Virus record (IMG/VR): IMGVR_UViG_3300025135_000004
Source of the DNA: an uncultured virus (IMG/VR IMGVR_UViG_3300025135_000004)
Taxonomy: Duplodnaviria > Heunggongvirae > Uroviricota > Caudoviricetes
Strand: one strand, 5' to 3'
DNA: 20,000 nt
The notes below the pieces were generated by a model, which saw nothing but the letters and a program-made list of their open reading frames with translations, was not told the DNA's origin and did no database searches. Shown here piece by piece: positions 1 through 8,691 of this stretch (positions are counted from its first letter, which is position 1; the number at the start of each line of letters is the position of its first letter). The position numbers and the translations under genes are program-made.

Positions 1-176
1 TTCTTCCTAAGTTGATTTTGAGCTTCACTTTTTGCATCTTCCCATGCCTCTGGGTTGTTTAGGGCATTTAATTCCCTATTGATTTGTTCAAGCCTATTTT
101 CTATGAGAGTCTTATTATGAATTTCCCTAACTCCTTCTCTAATTAGTTTTTGAAGTTCACTTATCGTAATTTCCAT
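1..176 (-). CDS. Partial hypothetical protein (runs off window start), probable head-associated coiled-coil protein
   Basis: Not in the ORF track. Manual translation from ATG at 176: MEITISELQKLIREGVREIHNKTLIENRLEQINRELNALNNPEAWEDAKSEAQNQLRK, open to the window edge. Preceded by TATTTATTA (204-212, minus). Shares its N-terminal motif with 9412..10137, 10164..10526 and 6256..7365. Confidence 0.8.
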   Translation of the reverse strand, partial: MEITISELQKLIREGVREIHNKTLIENRLEQINRELNALNNPEAWEDAKSEAQNQLRK

Positions 177-203
177 CTTAAATATTTTTTATGAATCTTT
201 TTA

Positions 204-212
204 TAATAAATA
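204..212 (-). promoter_or_regulatory. TATTTATTA putative phage late-promoter motif
   Basis: Lies 27 nt upstream of the ATG at 176, directly after a terminator. The motif recurs upstream of several genes. Confidence 0.55.
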
Positions 213-214
213 GC

Positions 215-242
215 AAAAAAAAAGACCTCCTTGCGGAAGTCT
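215..242 (-). terminator. Rho-independent terminator of 263..790
   Basis: Minus strand AGACTTCC-GCAA-GGAGGTCT followed by an 8-nt T run. GNRA tetraloop, one G-U pair. Confidence 0.85.
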
Positions 243-262
243 AAAAAAATAAGATGCTGGGA

Positions 263-790
263 TTACATTGATTTTTTGAATATTTCGAATTCATCACCCT
301 TAGAAAGTAGATGAGAGTCTCCTATTAAGTTTGCTATTTTTACCGCCTCATCAAATATTCCAGTGTTTTTTTTATTACTCAGAGGTAATTTTTTATCCTC
401 ACGAATATTTAATGTGTGTAAGTAGAGTTCCAGAGAAATAAAATTTCTCTTATTATTATAATTAATGTTTTCAGGTATATTCTTGATATAAATATTTTCC
501 TTCTCACTGGTAAAATATTTACTACTCTTTAGATGGTCCTTGAGCTCATTTCTGTAAATTCTATTTAGGTTGTTGTTTAAAATGTCCTTTAGCACATCCT
601 GGTGCTCACCGAGTAATTCATCTACTGGCTTGGCCCAGAAACTTATAAAAATATACACAGTTTCTGGAGCATCTCTATTTTCAACTGTTCCAACTTTTAC
701 ATTAATATCTTTGTTATTAAGGAGCTCATCCTCAACCTTAATTTCTCGTGCTGTTCTCTTTGCTTTAACTTCCATTGTTCTCAATTTCAT
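263..790 (-). CDS. Hypothetical phage protein (175 aa)
   Basis: Long ORF with its own promoter-like site and terminator. Motif KVGTVENRDAPETVYIFISFWAKP; no function recognised. Confidence 0.8.
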   Translation of the reverse strand: MKLRTMEVKAKRTAREIKVEDELLNNKDINVKVGTVENRDAPETVYIFISFWAKPVDELLGEHQDVLKDILNNNLNRIYRNELKDHLKSSKYFTSEKENIYIKNIPENINYNNKRNFISLELYLHTLNIREDKKLPLSNKKNTGIFDEAVKIANLIGDSHLLSKGDEFEIFKKSM

Positions 791-797
791 TGATAAA

Positions 798-829
798 GAA
801 ATATAGGAAAAGAAAATATCTAAAACAAA
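798..829 (-). promoter_or_regulatory. Putative host-RNAP-type promoter TTTG-N20-TATATTTC
   Basis: Minus strand TTTG (829-826), 20-nt spacer, TATATTTC (805-798). Same architecture as 5833-5863. Confidence 0.45.
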
Positions 830-856
830 AAAAAGTGAGAAATAATCCCACTTTTT
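827..856 (-). terminator. Rho-independent terminator of 880..1701
   Basis: Minus strand AAAAAGTGGGA-TTATT-TCTCACTTTTTTTT. The stem pairs fully (with a G-U) only on the minus strand. Confidence 0.7.
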
Positions 857-879
857 CTTGCATAATTAAAAATTAATCG

Positions 880-1701
880 TTATAAGCCACTCAAGGTTTG
901 TTTAAGCTCAAGACACTCAAGAATATAGTCATCAATCTCAGTGTGTGAAATATTTGATATTCTTTCGATTTTTTCTTTAAATTCAATCAATATGTCATGA
1001 TTTGCTTTTTCTGTACCATCACTTTCCAGAAGAGCATCAATTAATTCAAGATTTTCTTTTTTGATGTCGTTAAGAAACTCTTCTTTATCACCAGCTCCAG
1101 AAGTAAGAATTGATAGAACTTGTTTTTCAGATTCATTCAGATGCTCATACCTTTTGTTAAAATTATTTACAGCTAATTTGGTAACAAACTTCCAGGCTTC
1201 CTTAAGAGCTGGAGAATCATCATTCTCTTTTGATTTCTCTTCTTCTTTCACTTCTCGTGTAAGATGTTCGATTACTAAGTCATAAGCAACTCCCTCTCTC
1301 TCAAAGTCAGAGAAAGCCTTATTGCTAACTGATTCAATTAAAGTATTGATTGCTTCAAAAAGGTCTCCACCCTCTCTTGCCTCAACGTGGCTTACATCTG
1401 GATTTCCAAGCAATTCTTTTCTGACATCCTTATTTTCTCTCAAGATTTCTTGCCAATTAGCATTTCTAAACATGTTCAAGTTTTGGTTGAGAAATCTCTC
1501 GGCCAATCTCTCTTTAGAAAATGGCTTGCACTCTTGAATGTTTTTAAAGATTAACTGCTGCTTTTTTAAATTAGGACTCGCATTGGTCTTTTTTATAAAA
1601 CTATCAAGAGTATTACTTTTATTCTCTCTCATCAGCTCTATTGAAGATAGTTTTGCAACGCTATCTCGTATTGCTCCAAAGTTATAGCTAATATTTTTCA
1701 T
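880..1701 (-). CDS. Hypothetical alpha-helical phage protein (273 aa), possibly head-morphogenesis associated
   Basis: Long ORF with TATTTATTA upstream and a terminator downstream. Motifs NFGAIRDS and NFNKRYEHLNESEKQVL; function not assignable. Confidence 0.75.
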   Translation of the reverse strand: MKNISYNFGAIRDSVAKLSSIELMRENKSNTLDSFIKKTNASPNLKKQQLIFKNIQECKPFSKERLAERFLNQNLNMFRNANWQEILRENKDVRKELLGNPDVSHVEAREGGDLFEAINTLIESVSNKAFSDFEREGVAYDLVIEHLTREVKEEEKSKENDDSPALKEAWKFVTKLAVNNFNKRYEHLNESEKQVLSILTSGAGDKEEFLNDIKKENLELIDALLESDGTEKANHDILIEFKEKIERISNISHTEIDDYILECLELKQTLSGL

Positions 1702-1719
1702 ATTTTACAGGTCGTTTAT

Positions 1720-1728
1720 TAATAAATA
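1720..1728 (-). promoter_or_regulatory. TATTTATTA putative late-promoter motif
   Basis: 18 nt upstream of the ATG at 1701. Confidence 0.55.
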
Positions 1729-1759
1729 CATTAAAAAACAGAATTAATCAAGATTTTTT

Positions 1760-1790
1760 TTTGGTTGTTTTGTTTTTTTTTATATCTTCG
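1760..1790 (+). promoter_or_regulatory. Putative Bacteroidota-type -33/-7 promoter for the VWA gene
   Basis: TTTG (1760-1763)-N19-TATCTTCG (1783-1790), one mismatch to the consensus TTTG-N19-21-TAnnTTTG. Confidence 0.45.
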
Positions 1791-1828
1791 CTTCGACAAT
1801 TAAGTTAAAAATTAAAATTATAAGAATT

Positions 1829-4156
1829 ATGTCATCTAAGTATTTAAACACTGGTAACGGCAAATTTTTCTATAATCAGGTCGTTAAACCTGAGACTTCC
1901 GAAACGAAGACTGTAGAGATTTCAGCACACCACACTTTTATCATCGACTGTTCTGGCTCCATGTGGGGAGAACTATCGCAAATCCGTAAAGACTTGTATA
2001 ACAAGATTTCTACAATGCTTAAACCAAACGATTCAGTAACAATTATTTGGTTTTCTGGTAGAGGTCAATATGGAGTCCTTCTTGAAGATTACCATGTAAA
2101 TAGTGCCATCGGCCTAAATAAAGTTAAGGAGCTTATTGATAGATATTTAACCACAGTTGGGTTAACTGCCTTCAAGGAACCTCTTGTTGAACTTAAGGAA
2201 GTTATTAAAAGAGTTCAAGGAAGAAATAAGGACATGATTCATACTATGTTCTTTTTAACTGATGGTTATGATAACTGCTGGTCAACAAAAGAAATTATCA
2301 GTGCAATCGAAGGTGTTAAAGAGGAACTTGCAAGTGCAACAATTGTTGAATATGGTTGGTATTGTAACAAGAAGCTTCTCAATGAGATGGCAACTGCTGT
2401 TGGTGGAGTTCACACATTTAGCAAGAACTTTGACGAGTATGAGCCTTACGTAGAGAAAGCGTTCAACAACGGTCAAAGTGTTAAGAGAAGGTATATCAAA
2501 CTTGACCACGCTGCACATGGAGGGATTGTCTTTAATATCGTAGATGGAGACATTATCACATATCTTCCAAATGAAGATAATGAAATATTTGTAAGTGTTG
2601 AGGGTGAAGTTAACTTATTCTACTTTACTGAAAAAAATCCAGGAGGAATTTATCTTGGAGATGAGAACTTCATTTCTGATGCAACACTTGCTGGAGATAC
2701 TTCGAATGTTATTTTTGCTGGACTTTATGGAGCAGCTTTCGCATACTCAAGAAGCAGTGACTACAACATGGTTTCTGAGGTTTTGAAATTCCTTGGAGAT
2801 GCCTATTTGATTACTGAGAAAGCGAATACATTCGGTACTCAAAAAATTAATGAGCTTGAGGCTAAATTCATTAACTCTATGAATAACGTGAGTGAAAGAT
2901 ATACTCAAGGATATAATCCAGACCTTGAGCCAGCTGAAGATGCTTATTGTGTTATGGATATGCTTGAAACATTGATGTCAAGTGATGAAAATGTTTGGTA
3001 CCCAAGACATGAGTCTTTCGGATACCAGAGAACTGGAGGAAAGGCTGTCGCTAAGAAGTCTGACATGACTCAAGAAGACAAGGATGAAATTAAGAGGCTT
3101 ACTGAGGCTGGAGACATTGCGGCACTTCAAATTAAGCTTCAGGAGGTAGGTGAGACTACAACCGAAACACTAAAGTTTCAGTACAACGAAGAAATGCCTT
3201 CAAGCCCAATTTCAAATCTTACTTGGAATGAGAAGAGAGCAAATCTTTCTGTTCAAGTTCAATACGAGGGGTATGTAGAGCTTCCAGATAATAATTTTGG
3301 ATTGGGACCTAAGTTTGACACTCATATCTTTAGAAATTATACAATCATTAAAGACGGTGTAATCCACACGTATGAGTTACCAGTTAGCTTGAATAAAGAC
3401 ACTTTTGATACTCTTCAGGCAAATGGACTTCTTGAGGGAGAAACTTGGGAATCTGGTAAGATTATGGTTCTTAATTTCTCTAAATTACCTGTAATCAACA
3501 GACAAATGGTTAAATCCCTTTCTGCTGAGGCTTTATTTAAGAAATCTCACGAATTAATCAAACTTCAAGCTGCAAATTATGTATTTGGTCAGTATAAGAA
3601 AAGGTTGTTTGATGGTGCAAGCAAAGGCTTTTCTGACCTTTATGGCGCTGAGGCTACAGAATGGTTAAAAGGTCTTGGTCTTAGAGATTACGGATTTAAT
3701 CCGCCAAGTGTAGTTGAGAAAATGAATGAAGAAATTGAAGTTAATACTCTTGAGGTAAAAATTCAAGGATTATCTTCATCTCCAACTAAGGCTGATTTCG
3801 ATAAGCTTGAGAAAAAATTCCAAGCAGGTCTTGATGAAAGCTCGCTTTCTGGAAAAGAATTGCTTATTTCACCAGCAATGAAAGAATTCAGAACTTTCGA
3901 GCAAACTCTTAGCGGTCTTTCTGACGACTCAAAGAATAAAATGATTGAAGAGTGGATTTATAGCAAGTCTAATTCTTTCAGAGGAGCTAAGACTAAGCTT
4001 ATGACAGAAATTGCAAAGGCTAAATTCTTAACAATTGTTGGTAAATCATGGTTCCAAGAATTTGCAAGCAGAGAAGACAATCAGTTAACTCTTTTGCTTG
4101 ATGGACAAGATACCACTTGTACTGTTTTTGACAAACAAGAAACCATCAAGTTGTAA
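1829..4156 (+). CDS. von Willebrand factor A (VWA/MIDAS) domain protein with large unknown C-terminal region (775 aa)
   Basis: FIIDCSGSM (DxSxS MIDAS), GLTAF (T) and FFLTDG (D) in the N-terminal ~220 aa. Confidence 0.85.
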   Translation: MSSKYLNTGNGKFFYNQVVKPETSETKTVEISAHHTFIIDCSGSMWGELSQIRKDLYNKISTMLKPNDSVTIIWFSGRGQYGVLLEDYHVNSAIGLNKVKELIDRYLTTVGLTAFKEPLVELKEVIKRVQGRNKDMIHTMFFLTDGYDNCWSTKEIISAIEGVKEELASATIVEYGWYCNKKLLNEMATAVGGVHTFSKNFDEYEPYVEKAFNNGQSVKRRYIKLDHAAHGGIVFNIVDGDIITYLPNEDNEIFVSVEGEVNLFYFTEKNPGGIYLGDENFISDATLAGDTSNVIFAGLYGAAFAYSRSSDYNMVSEVLKFLGDAYLITEKANTFGTQKINELEAKFINSMNNVSERYTQGYNPDLEPAEDAYCVMDMLETLMSSDENVWYPRHESFGYQRTGGKAVAKKSDMTQEDKDEIKRLTEAGDIAALQIKLQEVGETTTETLKFQYNEEMPSSPISNLTWNEKRANLSVQVQYEGYVELPDNNFGLGPKFDTHIFRNYTIIKDGVIHTYELPVSLNKDTFDTLQANGLLEGETWESGKIMVLNFSKLPVINRQMVKSLSAEALFKKSHELIKLQAANYVFGQYKKRLFDGASKGFSDLYGAEATEWLKGLGLRDYGFNPPSVVEKMNEEIEVNTLEVKIQGLSSSPTKADFDKLEKKFQAGLDESSLSGKELLISPAMKEFRTFEQTLSGLSDDSKNKMIEEWIYSKSNSFRGAKTKLMTEIAKAKFLTIVGKSWFQEFASREDNQLTLLLDGQDTTCTVFDKQETIKL

Positions 4157-4173
4157 AACAATTTTGATTAAAT

Positions 4174-4209
4174 AAAAAGGGGAACTCTTAATTGAGTTCC
4201 CCTTTTTTT
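4174..4209. terminator. Bidirectional intrinsic terminator between the convergent VWA and glycosyltransferase genes
   Basis: AAAAAGGGGAACTC-TTAATT-GAGTTCCCCTTTTTTT, a perfect 14-bp inverted repeat with A/T tails. Confidence 0.92.
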
Positions 4210-5530
4210 ATTTTGCTTCGGCAAGTTCTTTATTTTTTTGCTTACTTTTTTCAAGAATATTTTTATAAAAATCAACTCTGTTAGCAGTAACATTTGTTAT
4301 CTCATATTTATCCTTTACAAATTCATGAAGATTATTAGCAAGCTCCTGTCTGTATTCAGGGTCCTCAATAACCCTCTTCATGTGCTTGTACCAATCCTTT
4401 TTGTCATTCTTAACAAGAAGTCCAGTTTTACCATCTTCAAGAAGCTCCTTATAAATTCCAAAGTCTTGTGCAATAATCACCTTTTTCTTCATCCCAGCTT
4501 CAATTATTTTAAGCTCCGACTTAACTTCATTAAATACATGTCTCCTATTTTGAATCTGAACTGACTGACTTCCATTTGGCTTTTGATGAACTATTTTCTC
4601 CTCAAATCTATCAATAAGCGGAGCAAGACATACATCTGCATAATCATAATGCTTTCCATATTGAGTGAGAGGAAGAGTCCATCTTCTCACATAGTTCTTT
4701 GTATATTGCTCATCTTTATAATCAGTGTCTTTTGCTTTCTGAATTTTCTTTAGCCACTTGTAGTATTCTGGGTCATTTTCCTGGTCTTTATAACCACTTG
4801 TAAAAATCTCCTCAAACTTACACCAAACAGTTTCATGAGGTAATATAGCTCTTGTTTTTCTTTGTCCATTTGGACCCATTTCAGTAATTGTTCCTCTGGT
4901 ATCAAATCCGCACATTACAACTTGAAATTTATCTCTCAATTCATTGTTTGACCAAAGTTGTTGAAATCCAGGTCTCATTAACTCAAGGTCATGTAGGTGA
5001 GATGAGCCTCCAATCCAAGATATTCTACATTTATTTGAAACGTTTTCACTTGCTTCTGATGTCCACATTTGATGCTCCATATTAAGAGCATTTGGTATTA
5101 CACCAACATTCTCATTGTATTTTCTGATATAATCAGCAAATATTTCTGTTGTAGTTGTTACGTAATCAGAAAGTCTAATGTTGTTAGATATTTTTTCACT
5201 TAACTTCTCCATTTTCACAATCTCATATAGAGGGTGGGTCGTAGGTGGTTCCCAGAAATCATCAATATCCATAACAAGCAAAGTTCCACTTTCTTGTATT
5301 TTTGGAAACAATTCTGCAGAACTCTCATAAGGGCCAATGTGCCTGTGAAAGTGAATTATGTCAAAACTTTGAAAATAAGCTATATTATTGATGTTTGGTT
5401 GATGATTAATTTCAACTTCAATTTCATCACCAAAATGCTTCTCTATTGCTTGTGCTGGCCATATTGACCTAAAGTGACCAACACCTTGTGTATCACTTGG
5501 AATAATTAGTACTCTGATTTTTTTATTCAT
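4208..5530 (-). CDS. GT-B fold glycosyltransferase (GT4-like), 440 aa
   Basis: GVGHFRSIWP, MDIDD, VTTTT, IPNAL, WIGGSSH, DVCLAPL..FNEVKSELKIIEAG and DGKTGLLV motifs typical of GT4-like enzymes. Confidence 0.85.
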   Translation of the reverse strand: MNKKIRVLIIPSDTQGVGHFRSIWPAQAIEKHFGDEIEVEINHQPNINNIAYFQSFDIIHFHRHIGPYESSAELFPKIQESGTLLVMDIDDFWEPPTTHPLYEIVKMEKLSEKISNNIRLSDYVTTTTEIFADYIRKYNENVGVIPNALNMEHQMWTSEASENVSNKCRISWIGGSSHLHDLELMRPGFQQLWSNNELRDKFQVVMCGFDTRGTITEMGPNGQRKTRAILPHETVWCKFEEIFTSGYKDQENDPEYYKWLKKIQKAKDTDYKDEQYTKNYVRRWTLPLTQYGKHYDYADVCLAPLIDRFEEKIVHQKPNGSQSVQIQNRRHVFNEVKSELKIIEAGMKKKVIIAQDFGIYKELLEDGKTGLLVKNDKKDWYKHMKRVIEDPEYRQELANNLHEFVKDKYEITNVTANRVDFYKNILEKSKQKNKELAEAK

Positions 5531-5531
5531 T

Positions 5532-5819
5532 CTATTGTATATTTGTACCTGTGGCCGTTATATAAAAATTTAAAACTCTGGGTTTATTATTCTCGTCAAT
5601 AAAATTAACATCCCCAGATATTGCACACGCATCAATAATGTGTGGGTCCATATTCCAATTCAATTCAACCTGAATACTTGGAAGGTATTTTTTAAGGATG
5701 ACATCAAGCCCTTTTCTTAACTTAGCATCATTTTGCTCAAACAGTGAATTTAAAGCCCAATGCTCTATAGTTGTCTTTATAAGTTTTCCGTGGAAACTGT
5801 CTTTCTCCTCTTCTTGCAT
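5532..5819 (-). CDS. Small protein resembling the C-terminal domain of contractile tail sheath protein (95 aa)
   Basis: SLFEQNDAKLR...ISGDVNF...VLNFYITATG resembles the sheath C-terminal (L)FE(P/Q)ND...F.IT.TG signature. Ends 1 nt before the ATG of the GT4 gene. Confidence 0.55.
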   Translation of the reverse strand: MQEEEKDSFHGKLIKTTIEHWALNSLFEQNDAKLRKGLDVILKKYLPSIQVELNWNMDPHIIDACAISGDVNFIDENNKPRVLNFYITATGTNIQ

Positions 5820-5832
5820 AATTATATTTTTA

Positions 5833-5863
5833 GAAATATAGAATTAGAATTGTTCAAAATCAA
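5833..5863 (-). promoter_or_regulatory. Putative host-RNAP-type promoter TTG-N20-TATATTTC (TTGATT-N17-TATATT)
   Basis: Same downstream octamer and spacing as 798-829. Lies 13 nt upstream of the ATG at 5819. Confidence 0.5.
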
Positions 5864-5881
5864 TACTTAATACTAAAAAAC

Positions 5882-5908
5882 AAAAAAGAGGATAATAAAT
5901 ATCCTCTT
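5882..5908 (-). terminator. Intrinsic terminator of 5933..6205
   Basis: Minus strand AAGAGGATA-TTTAT-TATCCTCTT-TTTT. Confidence 0.75.
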
Positions 5909-5932
5909 CTAATTAATTATCAAATGCCTTTT

Positions 5933-6205
5933 TTAGTTTCCTAAATACCCATCTACATTTTTGATAGCATCAACAATATCCATCATAGGCTGTCCAAGCG
6001 GTAGATTTAATTCTGTGTTATCAAAATTCCTATCAATTTCAAGTAGACCCCTTCTTTCTTGAGCATCAAGAGGAGCTGTTAATTTATTGAGAGATAGAAC
6101 TATTTCTCCAGGATTTAAAATTACTCCAGGGTTTTTGTCTGCACCAAGAGCAATAGAAATTTTAACTGGCGATTGATTTATGTTTTTAATTTTCCAAGTA
6201 TTCAT
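5933..6205 (-). CDS. Hypothetical protein (90 aa)
   Basis: ORF between 6256..7365 and the terminator, with an ATG start and plausible composition. Confidence 0.7.
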   Translation of the reverse strand: MNTWKIKNINQSPVKISIALGADKNPGVILNPGEIVLSLNKLTAPLDAQERRGLLEIDRNFDNTELNLPLGQPMMDIVDAIKNVDGYLGN

Positions 6206-6255
6206 AGTAAGTGTTTTTCTAAATGTAATAATTCGATTTATTAAACTAAAGTGAA

Positions 6256-7365
6256 TTATGATTTTATGTATCCCTTGTTTTTTGATATTCTATCAACTGG
6301 CACATAATAAGTGTCAGTACCGAACCTCCACTCTTGAACTTCAGAGTTTTCTCTAACAAGCATTTTTTTATCTCCAGAATTTATATTTTCACTTAACTCT
6401 TCTGGTAGTACAACTTTTTGAAAATTAATACCCTCAACAATTTCGCTCATAGTTATATTGAATTCAATTTCCTCGTCACCACTTGTATCTTCATTTATAG
6501 CTGTCGTGTTTAAGTTATCTGGATTTATTGCTCCAAGAGCATAATTAGGAACATCACTTGATGCCTTCTCTGTATTTGTTAGAAGAGAGTCTTTAACAAT
6601 TCCCATCACAATATCATGCACAACCTTCTCAAGGTCTACCGAACTTTTAATGTAAGTCTCAAGCTCTCCCTTGGTAGGTTCGTCAATCTGAGGCATTGAA
6701 GGTGCTGCATATGGATTTTCTTTGTATCCAGGACCTTCAGAATAATCTGGCAAAGAACTCTTTTCTACAAAGCTACTGGTTCCATTTGCGTAATTAAACG
6801 TAATCTCTCCTATTTCCTCAAATTTAGCAACATAAACCTTTGCCTTGGTTTTCCCTTGCTCAATCCAAAGGTCATTCATAGATTTTTTAACCTCTGGGTC
6901 ATCCATAAGTCTCATTGGCTTATAACTAAGGTTTTCACCACTTTCTCCAATATCATTATATTGAAATACAAACAACTCTGATGGCTCAGCTTTCTTAAGT
7001 ACCTCTGGTAACTCAGGCGTATAACCCACAGCAGGAATAGAGTCTTGTTCCGAAGGTGTTGAGCCAGCATCTAAAAAAAATGTCTCAGTGTCACCAGTTG
7101 TGTTCACCTGCTGTTCTGGAGAGGCTTCAAATTGGTTTTGGTCAGGAAAATTCTTATCAAATCCCCCTTCAGATGGGGGAGTAGGGGTATCAAGCTCTGA
7201 AACTATATTTGGAATCTCTTTCGCTGCCTCTCTTTTTTTGAACGCAAGAATTTTATCTTTAATTCTTTCAATAGCATCTTCTGGAAGTGATTCCTCAAGA
7301 TTTTCTTGTCGAATCCCATTGGCTATCAACGCTTTTAATTCTTCTATATTGATTTGTTTTGACAT
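6256..7365 (-). CDS. Acidic hypothetical protein (369 aa), probable virion/head-associated
   Basis: N-terminus INIEELKALIANGI shares the motif of other acidic proteins. E/D/P-rich linkers, TATTTATA upstream. Confidence 0.75.
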   Translation of the reverse strand: MSKQINIEELKALIANGIRQENLEESLPEDAIERIKDKILAFKKREAAKEIPNIVSELDTPTPPSEGGFDKNFPDQNQFEASPEQQVNTTGDTETFFLDAGSTPSEQDSIPAVGYTPELPEVLKKAEPSELFVFQYNDIGESGENLSYKPMRLMDDPEVKKSMNDLWIEQGKTKAKVYVAKFEEIGEITFNYANGTSSFVEKSSLPDYSEGPGYKENPYAAPSMPQIDEPTKGELETYIKSSVDLEKVVHDIVMGIVKDSLLTNTEKASSDVPNYALGAINPDNLNTTAINEDTSGDEEIEFNITMSEIVEGINFQKVVLPEELSENINSGDKKMLVRENSEVQEWRFGTDTYYVPVDRISKNKGYIKS

Positions 7366-7378
7366 AAACGCTTTTTTA

Positions 7379-7386
7379 TATAAATA
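7379..7386 (-). promoter_or_regulatory. TATTTATA putative late-promoter motif
   Basis: 13 nt upstream of the ATG at 7365. Confidence 0.55.
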
Positions 7387-7436
7387 TTAAGATTTTTATT
7401 AAATCAATAATCCTTTGTTTTAATCAAAAAAATGCT

Positions 7437-7444
7437 TATTTATT
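7437..7444 (+). promoter_or_regulatory. TATTTATT putative late-promoter motif
   Basis: 20 nt upstream of the phoH ATG. Confidence 0.5.
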
Positions 7445-7464
7445 GAAAAAGAAATAAATATTTT

Positions 7465-8253
7465 ATGACGCAACGTAAGAGACCAGCTAAAAAACTATCC
7501 AAAAGTTCTCAAGATGAAGTTGATGAATACAGAATCACCAAACTTGATAGAACGGTATTTAATGAGTTTATAAAACTAAAGGAATTAGATTTTGAGCTTA
7601 CAAACAAACAAAAACACCTTATTAGAATCCTAAAGACAAATAGCATAATAACCATAACAGGACCTCCAGGTACTTCAAAAACATTTATTGCATGTTATGC
7701 GGCAATTCAAGAATTTTTTAAGGGAAATTTTGATAAAATAATTTTATGTAAGCCGACAGAAGTTCTTTCTGGAACAAGAGACCCTGGAGCCCTACCTGGT
7801 TCGCTTGATGAGAAAATGTCTGTCTATGCAGAATCTTTTTTTGATGCATTTGAGGAATTTTTGGAACCAAAAGATTTTAGGCAACTCTGGGATTCTAAGG
7901 TTATAGAATTTAAACCAGCTCAATTCCTAAGAGGACGTTCTATAAAAAACGCATTTATCATAATTGATGAGTTTCAAAATTTTGACTCTAAGGCCCTAAA
8001 ATCTATTGTGACAAGGAAGGGTAGGAATAGTACTATAGTATTCATGGGAGACACAAGGCAGAATGATATAAACAAGAAGCATGTTGCTGTAGATGTTTTT
8101 AATCAACTCATAAAGGAGATGGGCGAGGGATGTGAAGCTTTTAAATTTGAAAGAGCAGATATTGTTAGAGACCCAATGCTCATAAAACTAATGGACCTGT
8201 GGGAAGAGTTTGAAGATAACGACAAGTGGCCAGATACAATAAAAGGAGCTTAA
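7465..8253 (+). CDS. phoH: PhoH-like ATPase
   Basis: GPPGTSKT (Walker A variant), GALPGSLDEKM, FLRGRS, IIDEFQN, MGDTRQND and DIVRDP motifs. Confidence 0.92.
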   Translation: MTQRKRPAKKLSKSSQDEVDEYRITKLDRTVFNEFIKLKELDFELTNKQKHLIRILKTNSIITITGPPGTSKTFIACYAAIQEFFKGNFDKIILCKPTEVLSGTRDPGALPGSLDEKMSVYAESFFDAFEEFLEPKDFRQLWDSKVIEFKPAQFLRGRSIKNAFIIIDEFQNFDSKALKSIVTRKGRNSTIVFMGDTRQNDINKKHVAVDVFNQLIKEMGEGCEAFKFERADIVRDPMLIKLMDLWEEFEDNDKWPDTIKGA

Positions 8254-8277
8254 GGGTAAATTTTTATTTTTTACCCC

Positions 8278-8285
8278 TATTTATA
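8278..8285 (+). promoter_or_regulatory. TATTTATA putative late-promoter motif
   Basis: 14 nt upstream of the ATG at 8300. Preceded by a GGGTAAA/TTTACCC inverted repeat (8254-8276). Confidence 0.55.
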
Positions 8286-8299
8286 GAAAAATTACAACT

Positions 8300-8509
8300 A
8301 TGAATATAAGCTATTTTGTACCTGGAACTCCAGATGATAAGCCAAAAAGAGAGGATAAAGGACTAATTAGTCCAAATCAACTTAGGGAGGGCGCTCAAAA
8401 GAAGGCTCAAAAAATTGAGCAATCTAAAAACAACACTGGCCTAATGTCTAATAATGAGAATAGATTATTGACAGATGACGGAAGAGAAATATTTAATGAA
8501 AATAATTAA
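8300..8509 (+). CDS. Small hypothetical protein (69 aa), paralog of 8513..8674
   Basis: DKGLISP and LLTDDGREIF motifs shared with the next ORF. Confidence 0.75.
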   Translation: MNISYFVPGTPDDKPKREDKGLISPNQLREGAQKKAQKIEQSKNNTGLMSNNENRLLTDDGREIFNENN

Positions 8510-8512
8510 GTC

Positions 8513-8674
8513 ATGAGTGAAGAAAATAAGAAACCAATCGACAAGGGTTTAATACAACCAGAAGACATTAAAACTCCAGCAAAAAAAGTTGATAGGAAAA
8601 TAAGTCTTAAAAATGATATTGTCGAAAGAGATGGAGAAATCAAAACAGATGATGGTAGACAACTCTTAAAATAA
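8513..8674 (+). CDS. Small hypothetical protein (53 aa), paralog of 8300..8509
   Basis: Not in the ORF track. Manual translation MSEENKKPIDKGLIQPEDIKTPAKKVDRKISLKNDIVERDGEIKTDDGRQLLK*. Starts 3 nt after the previous stop and is followed by a terminator. Confidence 0.78.
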   Translation: MSEENKKPIDKGLIQPEDIKTPAKKVDRKISLKNDIVERDGEIKTDDGRQLLK

Positions 8675-8691
8675 TTGGCTAAGCCATAAAC

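Noticed and set aside
7162..7180. TCCCCC-N7-GGGGGA inverted repeat
   Set aside because: It lies inside a CDS (encodes PPSEGG), is short and has no U-tract, so it is likely incidental.
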